This document shows, in pieces, positions 13,735 to 24,742 of a stretch of 64,000 nt of DNA. Every line of letters begins with the position of its first letter. Positions within the stretch are counted from its first letter, which is position 1. The DNA comes from Zygnema circumcarinatum SAG 698-1b (Eukaryota; Plantae; Zygnematophyceae), in NCBI GenBank assembly GCA_037447605.1, contig CM074806.1, forward strand, positions 4,650,001 through 4,714,000. Direction: 5' to 3'. The notes below the pieces were generated by a model. It made no database searches, was not told the DNA's origin, and was given only the letters and a program-made list of their open reading frames with translations. A program made the translations under genes and the position numbers.

Positions 13735-16700
13735 AAGGCTTTGTGGCACCCATTTTGCCGGAAGGATCGTGAGGAAGCATGATCTTCACCTTGATTCCAA
13801 GAACACCCTGCGCACAAAACGACAACAACCGATTTTGATCAATTTCATATAAACTACAACACGTCAACTCTGCGGTTTCTTCCTCTTCTTTGTTTCAGCA
13901 ATTCAACTGTCACCCTCCCCGGCCAGCACTGGGTTTCACAACTTGGCAGAAGGAAAGGGAAACCACCAGAAGCACCTAACAGATATTAATCTCTAGAGAA
14001 TAAGTATATCGGTAGTCACGGCAGAATTCTGCCGTCACTTATGATGCTAATCTTGTTCCTGTCCCAGGTTCTTAAAGACACGTTCCCACTAGCTATTTCA
14101 ACCATTCGAGGAACCCTAGATTCTCTCAACTACGCCCTTCCATATTCTAGGTAAATCCGGAGTCATCGGCTCGTTGACCCACACAAGCAACATAGCCGCT
14201 CATGCCAGTTTTGAAAAAATATTAGAAACAAGCATCTCGAGGGAATGGATTGAGGGAATGTCCAGACTAAACTACCGCTTAACAACGCTTAGCCACATAA
14301 ATGTTCAACTGCATCGGACAAGCCTTTACCTGGCGAAGGAGAACGTGCCTAACAGCGCTGTCGATGTAGTCTTTCACGGGCCCACCTGAAGAAATCATGT
14401 ACCCGTCTTTGAACTTCATGCTCTTAGCACGCTGAGCACGGAGTTTCCCGCTGACAATCACCTGCAAACAGGGTTAAAATGAAAACATTACACCAAATAC
14501 GGAGTGAAATGAACCAAATGAATGGAATAAAGGTGGCACTGAACAAGGAGTTTGATGACGACAAGTCTAACCACACAACTTAAAGATTGCTTCCACATAA
14601 AAGTGACAGGAATCAGCTACGAATCTCAAGCACAAGTCTACCCTCATCAGGCGTCCTTGGGAGTAGAATGAACTTTAAAGTCCTGAAGTATGTCTGCTTA
14701 CATGACGATCTCACGGAATATGCCAACACGCAAATACATGCTCTCCTTGCTACTTCACTTTATGTTTTCACTTTATGTTTTCTGTTTCGTGGTGGGAGGG
14801 AGGGGAGGGGGAAAGGCGGGGGTATACAGAGCGGAAGCTGCACGAAGGGAGATTAGGGCGAACAGGGAGGGAGGAAAAGTGGGATAGGGCAGAAAACGCA
14901 GAAAGGAGACAAGAAGGAGCTTGGAGGACAGGAATTGGATAGGGAGGATGGGGCTTGAGAAGGACAAGGCTGGGGAGTGAAGAGGAAAATGGACAGGACA
15001 GGAAAAAGGGATAGAAAGACGGAAGGAAAGAGTGAGCGACGATGCGTGATGGCATCCATAAATAATTCATCACTAATAGTTTGAAGCACTAGTGAAGACA
15101 CCTTACATCTCGATTATAGCCTAGAACCAAAGTAACAAGTCCGATCAACACAAATTGCATGTTCTCCTTCAAACGCCTAAAGAAGAACCCGCAGCAAGGT
15201 GAACTCCTTACCTCGCAACCCTTGGCCTCACTCTCCATGATGAAACGCAAGACACCATAGCAAGCCCTGTGTGCCCAGGAAACAAGACAATGATGACTAA
15301 GAAAGAAAACTTGAAAGGGACAGGGAGAGGGTGAGGGCGAAGCGAGGAATGACAGAGCATCCCCACCATATCTTCAAACCATTCCAATCGTACGCCCCCA
15401 GATGAGGATTAAAAACCCACTTGCATTCAGAATTAAACAACTAAAATCAGTGATCGCCCTCATTTCTGTCAGAAAGTTACTTAAGTATGCACACCTGCGG
15501 ACCGCAAGCCCGCCCAATAACTTGTAGCGGAGCGACTCCGCCTGTGCGATAGCGCACAGCCCCTTGTTTGCAACCTTCTCCGCATAGAGCTCCACAGTTC
15601 CTTCCGGGAAATTGAACCTCTTCTGCACTACAGAGGTCAGTTCACGAATACGGCGACCCTTCTCACCTGTTGGTAACGCAGTCAGCCCCACATGATGGCA
15701 TATCAGCTAAAGCAGGTTTTCGGCAAAGAAAGCCTCAAACAACAAATATGGTACAATTCACCACATGTCCTTATCAGTCAATCCTCGTTGTAGAGACCGA
15801 AAAAAAGCAGTAGGCCAAAGGGTGTGAAGGTTGTCACATAAGGACTTGCTCCTTGAATGAGGAAATCATTAAGAAGACCACTAAAGTGAAATTAACTTCG
15901 TCGTATCTCAAAACTGAAAGCTTTTGTTAGGTTTTTCTTCGGAGTGGACTTCAAAAACGAGTTCTTATGTTCATCTCCAAATGGCTCACGAGGGCCCGGT
16001 GTTCCATTTGAAACTAACTTTGTCCCCAAGAGACAGCTTCTACTGCTGTGACGAAGACAATGTAGGAATGGCAATTAAACAGTCTTGGTTGAAGAATGGC
16101 CCTTTCGAGGTCATATGTGGCGCGAGAAAGACCAAAAATTAAACTAGCAGCATCGCTGCTTGAATCCATACCCACCGAGAACTTTCTGAGTAAGAGTGGC
16201 TCGAATGATGATCTCCACTCGCATGGGGGTGTTCCGCACTTCCACTCCCGAATATCCCTCCTCCGCGAGCTCCCTCGTGAGCATCTCATTGAGCTCAGCA
16301 AAGAAGACTCCATCGGCAACAAACTGCATCCCGGACCAAGAGAGCGTGGGAGAGTGAGAGAGAGAGAGGATTAAAACTCTCCAGTCGTCTTTTCACTGCG
16401 ACAAGAAAAGAAGATGGGAAGACCTCTACCAAACGAGCTGATGCGAAGGGAAGTCAATGTCATAGTCAAAGGGTCGAATAGCTCCTGCATTTCTTAGTCC
16501 TATCTATCCACAAACTGTCTCTCCCTTTCAGAATTCCAGTGCACTATCACACCGTTCTCCTTAGCAAAAGCTGAAATCACTGTTTCCATACAGGCCTCCG
16601 GATGATTCAGACAGAAAGCAGGCCAAACAAACTCAAAAAGGTATTTCCTGCGCATTTTTTCTTTCCCTCCTCCCCCTTCCCTTTTCCCCGCCCCGCCTCT

Positions 16701-17067
16701 CTTTAAAAAGTCGTATAATCATGTCCAGAAACGAATCTCGCAAAATAAACAATACATGGGTAACACAGCTCTCTATGCGTGCATAAAAACTCCAGGGATC
16801 CTTCCTTTCGTTCACACTGCAGTCTCGAAACCCTAATCGTACAGCAGTCAGCCAGAGGCTATGCAGCAAACCTAACCCTAACACTTACCAATAACCGTCA
16901 TCCTGCCTCTTTCATTTAAGTGAAGCAAACCCTAAGTTTCCCTAGAATGCCTAGCAACAAACCTTAGCAGCCCTGCTAACCCTAATTAAAGCGTACAACC
17001 CCGTTCTTGCTTAAATTTTTTGGAGAATCAGCCGCACCTTCTTCTTCTTGTTCATTTGGGTTGCCAT
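13735..17067 (-). CDS. RPS3: 40S ribosomal protein S3 (uS3); last codons fall in the gap
   Basis: Exons 17067-17038 ([10 protein letters not shown]), 16323-16176, 15666-15495, 15266-15212, 14461-14330, 13807-13735+. Motifs [63 protein letters not shown]. Confidence 0.97.
16828..16985. promoter_or_regulatory. Telo-box cluster in RPS3 intron 1 (AAACCCTAA 16828-16836 and 16927-16935; TAACCCTAA 16873-16881 and 16977-16985)
   Basis: Motifs seen directly. Telo-boxes are established features near the 5' end of plant ribosomal protein genes. Confidence 0.65.
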
Positions 17068-17242
17068 GCTGGGCACGCTGCAGCTGTGGAGCTGAGAGGG
17101 GGAGAAGGTGAGTGAGGGGGGGAGAAAGGAGAGCGCTCCTCTGAAGGAGAGGGCAAAAGGAGCTCCCAAGAGGCGATGGCAGCCCTTTGAGGTTCAGGGC
17201 CGCGCCATTCTCAAAGGCACACGTGTAGTCGACGGTAAACAT

Positions 17243-17258
17243 TCTGCCACGTGGCAGA
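17243..17258. promoter_or_regulatory. Perfect 16-bp palindrome TCTGCCACGTGGCAGA (extended G-box) between divergent RPS3 and PEX19
   Basis: Palindrome read directly within the 656-bp inter-ATG region. Confidence 0.55.
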
Positions 17259-17723
17259 CGGTCTTGAATTGACGGTCCGAATGACACCGTACTGAAAGGA
17301 CACATTTTTTTTTTTTTCGGAATATTGTTCGGTTGAAGAGAAGTTGAAGCATTTAGGTCTGAACATTTTACACATTGAATCGCTCTCTATTGCCGCCGAT
17401 GTTGGGAAGTGAAAAAATTACAAGTGTAGGCGCCACCTCCCTACTGGCGGTCAAAAGAGAATTTTTTTTATCCTGCCCAAACCTTGAAACTTTAGGATTC
17501 CTTTTTGTTTTTTAAACTTTTTAATCCTTTGCTCCTGAGGGGAAGCAGGTTGAGGGAGCCTCTTCTCACACTTGCCTCCTTTCTTTTCATGCGGAATGAA
17601 AGAAGTTGAAGCAAGAAATTGAGGCCCTCTTCTTCATTACATTTCTTCTCCTATTATTCCTTTTATTTGTTTCTCTTCTTCTCCATTCTGTTACATTTGA
17701 ACGGGCAGGTTTTGCTGCTCTCG

Positions 17724-19680
17724 ATGGCAAGCGACGATCATGACCTCGACGAGCTCCTAGACAGTGCGGTTTTCTTGCCTCTCCTTTGCAGGACGGGGCC
17801 ATGGCTTCTTCCAGTACATTTTCAAATGCCAATAGTCGGCTTCTCTTACCTTTGATGGCACACTAAAAGCGAGTCACTACGAGTCAGCAACCCTAATATT
17901 GCTTAAAGGCAAACAGTACATGTTCCCTTTGTTTTGAGATAAAGGTGGAAGATTCGGCTTGCGAATTGTTGGAATATGTTCACACTCAGTACTGCGATGA
18001 ATTCTGAAGTTCAGCTGTGTGGCTGATCTGCCGATTGCATGCAGGTGCTTTGGATGACTTCAAGCATGTGGATATCAATCGAGCATCGACCAATGATGAT
18101 GCGCAGACGAATCCTCCGAGTATTGCAGGGTAAGGAGATATGGCCTCCCTTATTTGCAGTTAACCCTTATGAAACCATGCCAGGTGAAGGCATGCACATC
18201 TTGCTCCGGGGACTCCATAGAGCTATGATTCTTTTTAGGCAGGCTCCTGAATTTGATGTTCATGTGGCTTCAATTTGACTGTTGTGGCAGGCAGGGTTCA
18301 GAGGAATCTGTCCATCCTCAGCCTTCTGGCGCTTCAGGATCGTCTGCTGCTTCCTTTTCTTCTTCTTCTTCGTTTTCTCCCTCGCCCTCCTCTTCTGCTG
18401 CTGGTCCCGCCTCTGGGCTGGGAATGGGACTGCCGAGTTTGCATCCGGTTCGGAAGCCGAAAGGGAACTCAAAGCAGCCGAAGGTGAAGTCAAAAGGGAA
18501 GGGGAATGGAAACGGCGAAGTTCCTGCCACTGCGTCACGGCCATTGTCTTCGACTTTGGAAAAACTTGCAGAGCAAACGAGGCAGACAGTGGACAGCATG
18601 GACCCCGGAGAAGATGGAGAGTTAGACGCAGCCATGGCTGACAAGCTAGTCCAGCAGCTTGAAGCTCTTGGAGGAACTGATGTGAGAAGGCCGCATGAAT
18701 GCTTCAACTCTGCTAAACCAGTTTACGTTAATTCAGCCTTTTGCTGTTAGCATGTTCTGAGTACCTTACGTAGCTGTACTTCCGGAAGCCTGTTGCATGT
18801 GTCCAGTTGTGCACTCAAACCTTTGAATTTGCTGGTAGTCGTCAAATGTAGCAAATTCTGCAGACTCGGTGATGTTTGTCTAGCTGATGAAGTGCTATTT
18901 TTCCGTTATCGTAAGGTCCTGGTCTGCAGATAGTTTTGCAACTCTTCGGCATCCCTGTCACTTGTCATTCGTTTCGTTTTCTCTTACAAGGGACAACGTT
19001 GATTTGCCTTAGATTCTTGGATGCCTTTTTTTGCTCAAGTCCTGCAGGGACGGAGTTCTGAATGGAGGCTTAAGCTGACAAGAAGCTTTTATGGGGCTTC
19101 AGGACGTGCAGTCACTAATGGATAGCGTCATGCGCCAGTTGCTTTCGAAGGAGGTCTTACACGAGCCTATGCAAGAGATTGGGGATAGATATCCCTCCTG
19201 GTTAGAAGCAAACAGGAATTCCTTGAATGAAGAGGATTACCAGCGGTACACACAGCAGCATAGATATATTCAGGAGCTTTGCGAAGTCTATAGCAATTCG
19301 CCAAATGATTTTGAGAGGATAGTCGATCTTATGCAGCAGATGCAAAAGTGTGGCCAGCCACCTGCTGACATCATCAAGGAGCTTGCACCAGGTGTCAAGC
19401 TCGGAGAAGACGGGCTGCCCATGTGAGTTCTTTTACTGGAATGCCGCTTTAGGCAACATTTAGATGTTAGCACAGAGATGGGATGGCATTGTCATCGCAG
19501 TTTCCTTAGAAGCGCTTCTAGAGCGTTATGCTTCTTAGAAACTTAGCGTTTGTGAGGTCTGTCATGTTGATCTTGTGAAAGGGCTGATTTGGTGCACTTT
19601 TTCCGATTAATTGCTGTTGCAGTTTGGAGGATTCCACGCCTGGTATGGAAGGCCTTCCACCCAACTGCGGGATGATGTGA
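17724..19680 (+). CDS. PEX19: Peroxisome biogenesis chaperone PEX19, complete, about 297 aa, 5 exons
   Basis: Exons 17724-17763, 18045-18129, 18291-18681, 19103-19422, 19623-19680 (894 nt). N-terminal DLDELLDSALDDF, central QLLSKEVLHEPMQEIGDRYPSWL...MQKCGQPP, and C-terminal CaaX (CGMM). Confidence 0.95.
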
Positions 19681-20433
19681 AACGTTTAGGGTTTGGGCCC
19701 TGCTTCCCTCTTATGAATAGGCCTTTTCGTACTCTTACATTGCAGGGGCCGACTGCATTAGGTCTCCCTGTGTTTCACCTCCGTGCTCACATTGCAGGGG
19801 CCAATTGCATTAGGTCTCCCACTCTTTCACCTCCGTGCTCCGTTCTTGGAGCCATCAACGTTCTTTACCCCCAGCTCGTGTCCTTCTTTCGTGACCAGAT
19901 GGGCTAGCAGTCATCCATGTACTCTATTTCCAAATGTATAAATAACAATTGCGAACATTTTTGCTCCAGTAAGCTCGAGAGGACGGAAAACTCTTTCAAG
20001 GCCTCTCATTGCACTTGTGGACCGTGGCCTTTGTCGAGATGTCGGATCTTTTTACCCCAAAATTAAAAGTTGATTAACCAATGGTGTTTTCTTGATGTCT
20101 TGTGCTACGCAAAACAGTTTACAAAAGGGGGAAGTGGGGGAGAGAGAAGAGGGAGGTGGGAGAAGCGCGAGTAAGAGGGTGAGAGAGGTAGAGAGATGGA
20201 GAGAGACACGGGAGATAAAACTTTTAATTAGTAAAGTTTTGAATTCAGCATGCAAGCTAAGACAAGAAAAAGCAGAAATCTTCATGAAGCATCATTGTTC
20301 AATGCCAATGAAGCAAACTATCAGTTGTATATGTCGGTTCAGAGAACATCCTGAATATTGCAGGCTGTATGATGGTCAACAGGGATACCCAAGTGTAAAT
20401 ACATTTCGTTTTTTTTTTAAACTTCCGCCATTA

Positions 20434-20635
20434 GGGGGGGGTCAGACTTAATACATGGCCAAATCAATTTAGTAAGCCTGTCGTCGGGCGAATTAAGCAT
20501 TGGCTAGGTACGCATTTCGGTACGGCTGGGTTCGGCGGAGCCACGGATCCCGATCCGAAATTCGTACACGAAACTTTTACTTTAGTATACTAAATTCGGG
20601 AATTTAGTACGCTCCGGGCTAAGTCTGACTCCCCC
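20434..20635. mobile_element. Candidate MITE, 202 bp, TIR GGGGG(G/A)GTCAGACTTA, TA target duplication
   Basis: Left TA|GGGGGGGGTCAGACTTA and right TAAGTCTGACTCCCCC|TA; non-coding interior. Confidence 0.65.
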
Positions 20636-21661
20636 TAATCTAATCTAATCCATGCACGGTAACAACACGTTGGAACATTTCTGAAATTTTTCCCTTTTTT
20701 TTTTTTTTTCTCTTTTTTCTGACACGTCCTTAGCATGCCTCGGCCCATGATCTCCGCCGTCCTAATTTTCGTGCCAATGAAGCACTGTCGAATAGGCTTG
20801 CTCAATCAGCGGCTTGGACAGGTCGGACCGTTGGATCAACCATTGGAAGAGAGATGTGGCACTCAACCATTGGAATGGTTGCCAACCATTGATCCGCGAC
20901 CTTGCCAACCATTGCCAATGATTGCAACCATTGGATTCAATGGTTGTTAACCACTGATTTGCGACCCAAGCAACCATTGCCAATGGTTGCAATGGCCATT
21001 CAATGCTATTTGTTCACTCAGAAGGTCAACATCATCGCCCCTGGTTGGGGTCCCAGGTAATGATGTGGCACCACGCTCCAACTTTGGACTCGGTCAAAGT
21101 GAGAGAGAATAGTTCCTCGTGGTTCCCCATGCTGATGTTGGCCATGTACATTTGATGGCATCATCGCCATCGTGAGATCACACCTTTAGATTCCTTTGCC
21201 ATCCCTTGTCCATTTTCCACTCAGTTCTAGATGTTGCTTTTGTCCATGGGTAATTGACTAATTGAAGGCATCGCTATCAACGCGAGTGAATCTGGATCAA
21301 CGCTTGATCCAGATCCACTTCAACAAATGCGCATTGACAAAGAAGACAGACTAAGATGGAGAACCACGAGCGACCTAGGGACGAAAGGAGACCTTTGAGT
21401 GAAAATCTGCTTCTTCGCCCAACAACATGACATTGTTTTAGTTCTATGAGGCCTATCGAAATACTTCCTGTTTAGAGTTAGTTGCAGTTCTATGCGTAAA
21501 ATATAAAAACTATTTTGAACTGAATGTGCGCCCGAATCTCCACACCACCTCCCCCACTCCTCCCGCCCCATGGAGGGAAGCACAGAGAGAGCTAAGCTTC
21601 AGGCGGGCGTCCAAGCTCTCCCGCGGTAAGCAGAAAGTTTGACCTCTACTCTGACCTCTGC

Positions 21662-22156
21662 TGTAATGGGAGTCCAGGTACCGGTCTGGCGGGTCAGCAA
21701 GGAGGCGTGAGGGGTAGAGAGAGAGAGAGAGAAAAGCCGGTTTCCGGGTTGAATGCCGTTGCATTCGCCCCCGCCCCTATACGCTTCCCCCGTCGAACCC
21801 TCTACCAGCATGAGGGACCGGAAGCAGGGCCCACCACAGGCGAGACGCCGCGTGGCTGGTGTAGCCCGTGGCGGATCGCCACGTGGAATATATGTCAGCG
21901 CTCGGCCCAAAGCCGTCGCACGAGGTTCGGCGTCGTCGCATATACGACGCGCGCATACGACGCGCATATGCGACACGCGACCGACACCCGCGCGCGGCGC
22001 CTGCCGAAAGGCGGCGCGCGTCCGTACGCGCGCGGTCCTAGTATGTCGGTCCCCCGGCAGTCCGGTCTCTGACCGGACTGACAGGCGGTACGGACGAACC
22101 GTACGGAGATCTCCGCGGTGCGTGTAGCGCCCCGGTGGCTGTAGCGTTTCGCTACA
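21662..22156 (-). repeat. 3' LTR of chromovirus X (495 bp, TG...CA)
   Basis: First ~330 bp differ from 55933-56260 at only 4 positions; PPT adjacent. Confidence 0.92.
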
Positions 22157-22203
22157 TTGCTCCCCCCCTAAAAAGATCGTGACGTCCTCGTCACGGGAGA
22201 AGA

Positions 22204-23010
22204 CTAAGGCAAAGCAGCCCGCAGCTTCAACGGTTTCCGCCGAAGTCTGCGTGAGGTCCGGGAGGGCTCGGCTACAACCCCGGTCAAGTCCCTTTCCGAG
22301 TTGCGCGCGGACTGCACAGGGACACCCCGTGCAGTCCGTGCCCGCTCACCAGCGGCCTGCGCCTCCCAATATAAGTTCACGAGCTCATGGCAATGGGTCA
22401 AATTGCTTTCTTTCTCCCACGTGCTATGTTCAACCCCATAGCCCAGCCACTTCACGAGATATTCGTGGCGGGAGGACTGACCCCTTTTCACAGTTCGGTG
22501 GGTTTGAATGGACTCGACCTCGTACTCGAGGTCGCCTTCAATATCCACTGGGGGTGGAGGTGGCTGGATCCTCCCGTGTCACGGCTGAAATCTAACTCCT
22601 TCAGCCTGCGCGGAATAACACACCAGCACTCAAAGTCCAGCGAAAGGGCGAGAGCAAGAGCGAGAGCTTCAGAGAGTGGCGCAGCCTTGGGCAGGGGTGC
22701 AACCGAATGCCGGTATGTTGGTTGGGTGACAGCGGTCACCCACCGCTTACTAAACTTCCCGAGTGAACCTCACACCCGGCATGGAGGATTGGAGGCGAGG
22801 CTGCATCCAATGGCGGGAACATGCGTGTTCCTCTCATTTCGAATGGGTGAAGGTGGCCTGCTGTACGAACGCTCACCGCATTTATTCAGCGCCTTGGCGG
22901 CAGCGGCCACCCTTATGCGTCGGTGCCGCAGTGGATCCTCACAGCAGCGGGTCAACTGTCAACTCATCCCGTACAACGGTGACCCGTAATTATGCGGACG
23001 TGATTTACGT
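22204..23010 (-). pseudogene. Integrase C-terminus and chromodomain of X
   Basis: YEVESIQTHR...HEYLVKWLGYGVEHSTWEKESNL chromodomain in ORF 22204-22548; upstream part is frameshifted. Confidence 0.85.
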
Positions 23011-23029
23011 TCCCAAAACGTAAGGAAGA

Positions 23030-24742
23030 TGTGGTAGGAGTTAGTGATCCCTGGAGCCACGTGGCTCTACATATGTCTCGGTATACGCGCGCGCCGAACC
23101 CTTGCAGCCGCCCTTGAAGGTTGGATCCCCGAGACCCTTCGCAGTCACAGGTGGTCCCAGGCACTTGCTTGGCCCTTTCGGCCCTTGCGAGGTGAAAGAG
23201 GTACCTAGAGGCGGGCCACCCCAAAGTACACCTCCGTGGGTGGCCCTTGGCGGGCCCCGCTACATTACTCCCCACAGCCGAGATGTAGAAACGCCCTACC
23301 GTTCCGCGTGTCAATGAGAGTAGTAAAAGCGGCTAAATGTTTCAGCGACGCGGCGTCAGACTCTACGTGATGGCGAGGGAGGACTCGGCGATAATCCTGG
23401 TCAAGTCCCTTTCCGAGTTGCGCGGGGACGGCTCAGGAACCCCCCGTGCCGCCCTCGCCCGCTCTCCTGCGGCCTGCGCCTCCCAGTACAAGTTGATGAG
23501 CTCCTGGCAATTGGTTAAGTTGCCCTCGGCTTCCCATGTGCTATGTTCAACCCCATAGCCCAACCACTTCACGAGGTATTCGTGACGGGAAGAGCGACCC
23601 TTGCTCACAATACGGTGGGCTTGAATGGTTTCAACTTCGTACTCAAGTTCACCTTCAAGTTCCACTGGTGGGGGAGGTGGCTGGATCCTCCCATCGCTAC
23701 GGTAGACCTTTAGCAAGCCCACATGAAAGACCGGATGCACCTTCATGTGGGATGGTAAATCCAACCCGTAGTTTAAGTCATTGATTCGCTTCCACTCGGA
23801 AAGGTCCGACATGAAGCTGGCCACAAAATTTTTACGCAGTTCCGCCATAAGCTTTGAGTCTCGCCCGCCAGATTTCTAAAGTACTTACCTCACGCTTCGC
23901 TGAAGGTGAGTCGGGTAATGCGGACGTCGTACATAGGCCTTTATGTCGCTGACCGGGCCGCTTAGCGTGGTCTCCGCTGCAAGTTCTCCTCAAGTAGCCG
24001 CTCCTCGCATATTAGTCGGACAAAAGATCTGACTGCGGGAGGTTGAGTCCCACCAGTCCCTCTCAGCTTCCAAGGATCGGGGGTTCTGTGGACACCCATG
24101 TTCCACGGATCAGGGGGCTGATCCCTTGGTTGCAGGGGATTTAGGGGATGCTGGCCAAAGTTCAGGAAGAAAGGGGTGGTACCAATGGATTCCTGGAAAG
24201 CATTATTAATGGCGTACTCAGCCACTGGGAGCAGTTCATCCCACCCATCCGGGATAGGTCCCACATAATGCCGGAGGTAATCCTCCAGGATCTTGTTCAC
24301 CCGTTCCGTCTGGCCATCGGTTTGCGGGGTGGAAAGCTGTACTCAACGCCTGCTTGGTCCCAACGATTTTGAGCACTTCCGTCCAGAAATGGCCGGTGAA
24401 TCGTGGATCACCGCCGACACAATTTCTCTCGACCGAAGAATCTGGCGCCGCTCCACACTTTGTCAACATACAATCAGGTAATCTGGCCGCCCTGGGCCGT
24501 CTTGCAGAGAGGTTGGTGCAAAATGCACCATCTTGCCGAAATGATCGACAAAGACGAGGGACGGAGTCATGCCCCTCGAGGTGCCCGGTGAAGATCCTGC
24601 GGATCAAGTCCATACCCACACCGCCCCATTTCCGAAAAAGCGAGGTGTGAGGCTGTACCGCCGTGATCCCGCCGCGGGGTTTGTTTCAAGGACAAGTTGG
24701 ACGTTTAGTACATACGCTTTCACATCCCTCGAGAGTCCAGGC
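23030..24742 (-). mobile_element. Remnant of a second related chromovirus Y (candidate 235-bp 3' LTR 23030-23264, PPT, integrase and chromodomain) nested in X integrase
   Basis: GCTACA|TTACTCCCC terminus like X. ORF 23363-23848 has VHPVFHVGLLK plus a chromodomain; integrase core 23962-24742 (KILEDYLRHYV, LPVAEYAINNA, TPFFLNFG). Confidence 0.7.

Noticed and set aside
13808-17037. Intronic C/D snoRNA in RPS3 (as U15 in vertebrates)
   Set aside because: C-box-like words occur (e.g. 15067-15073) but I found no properly spaced D box, terminal stem or rRNA antisense element; an Infernal/snoscan search would be needed.
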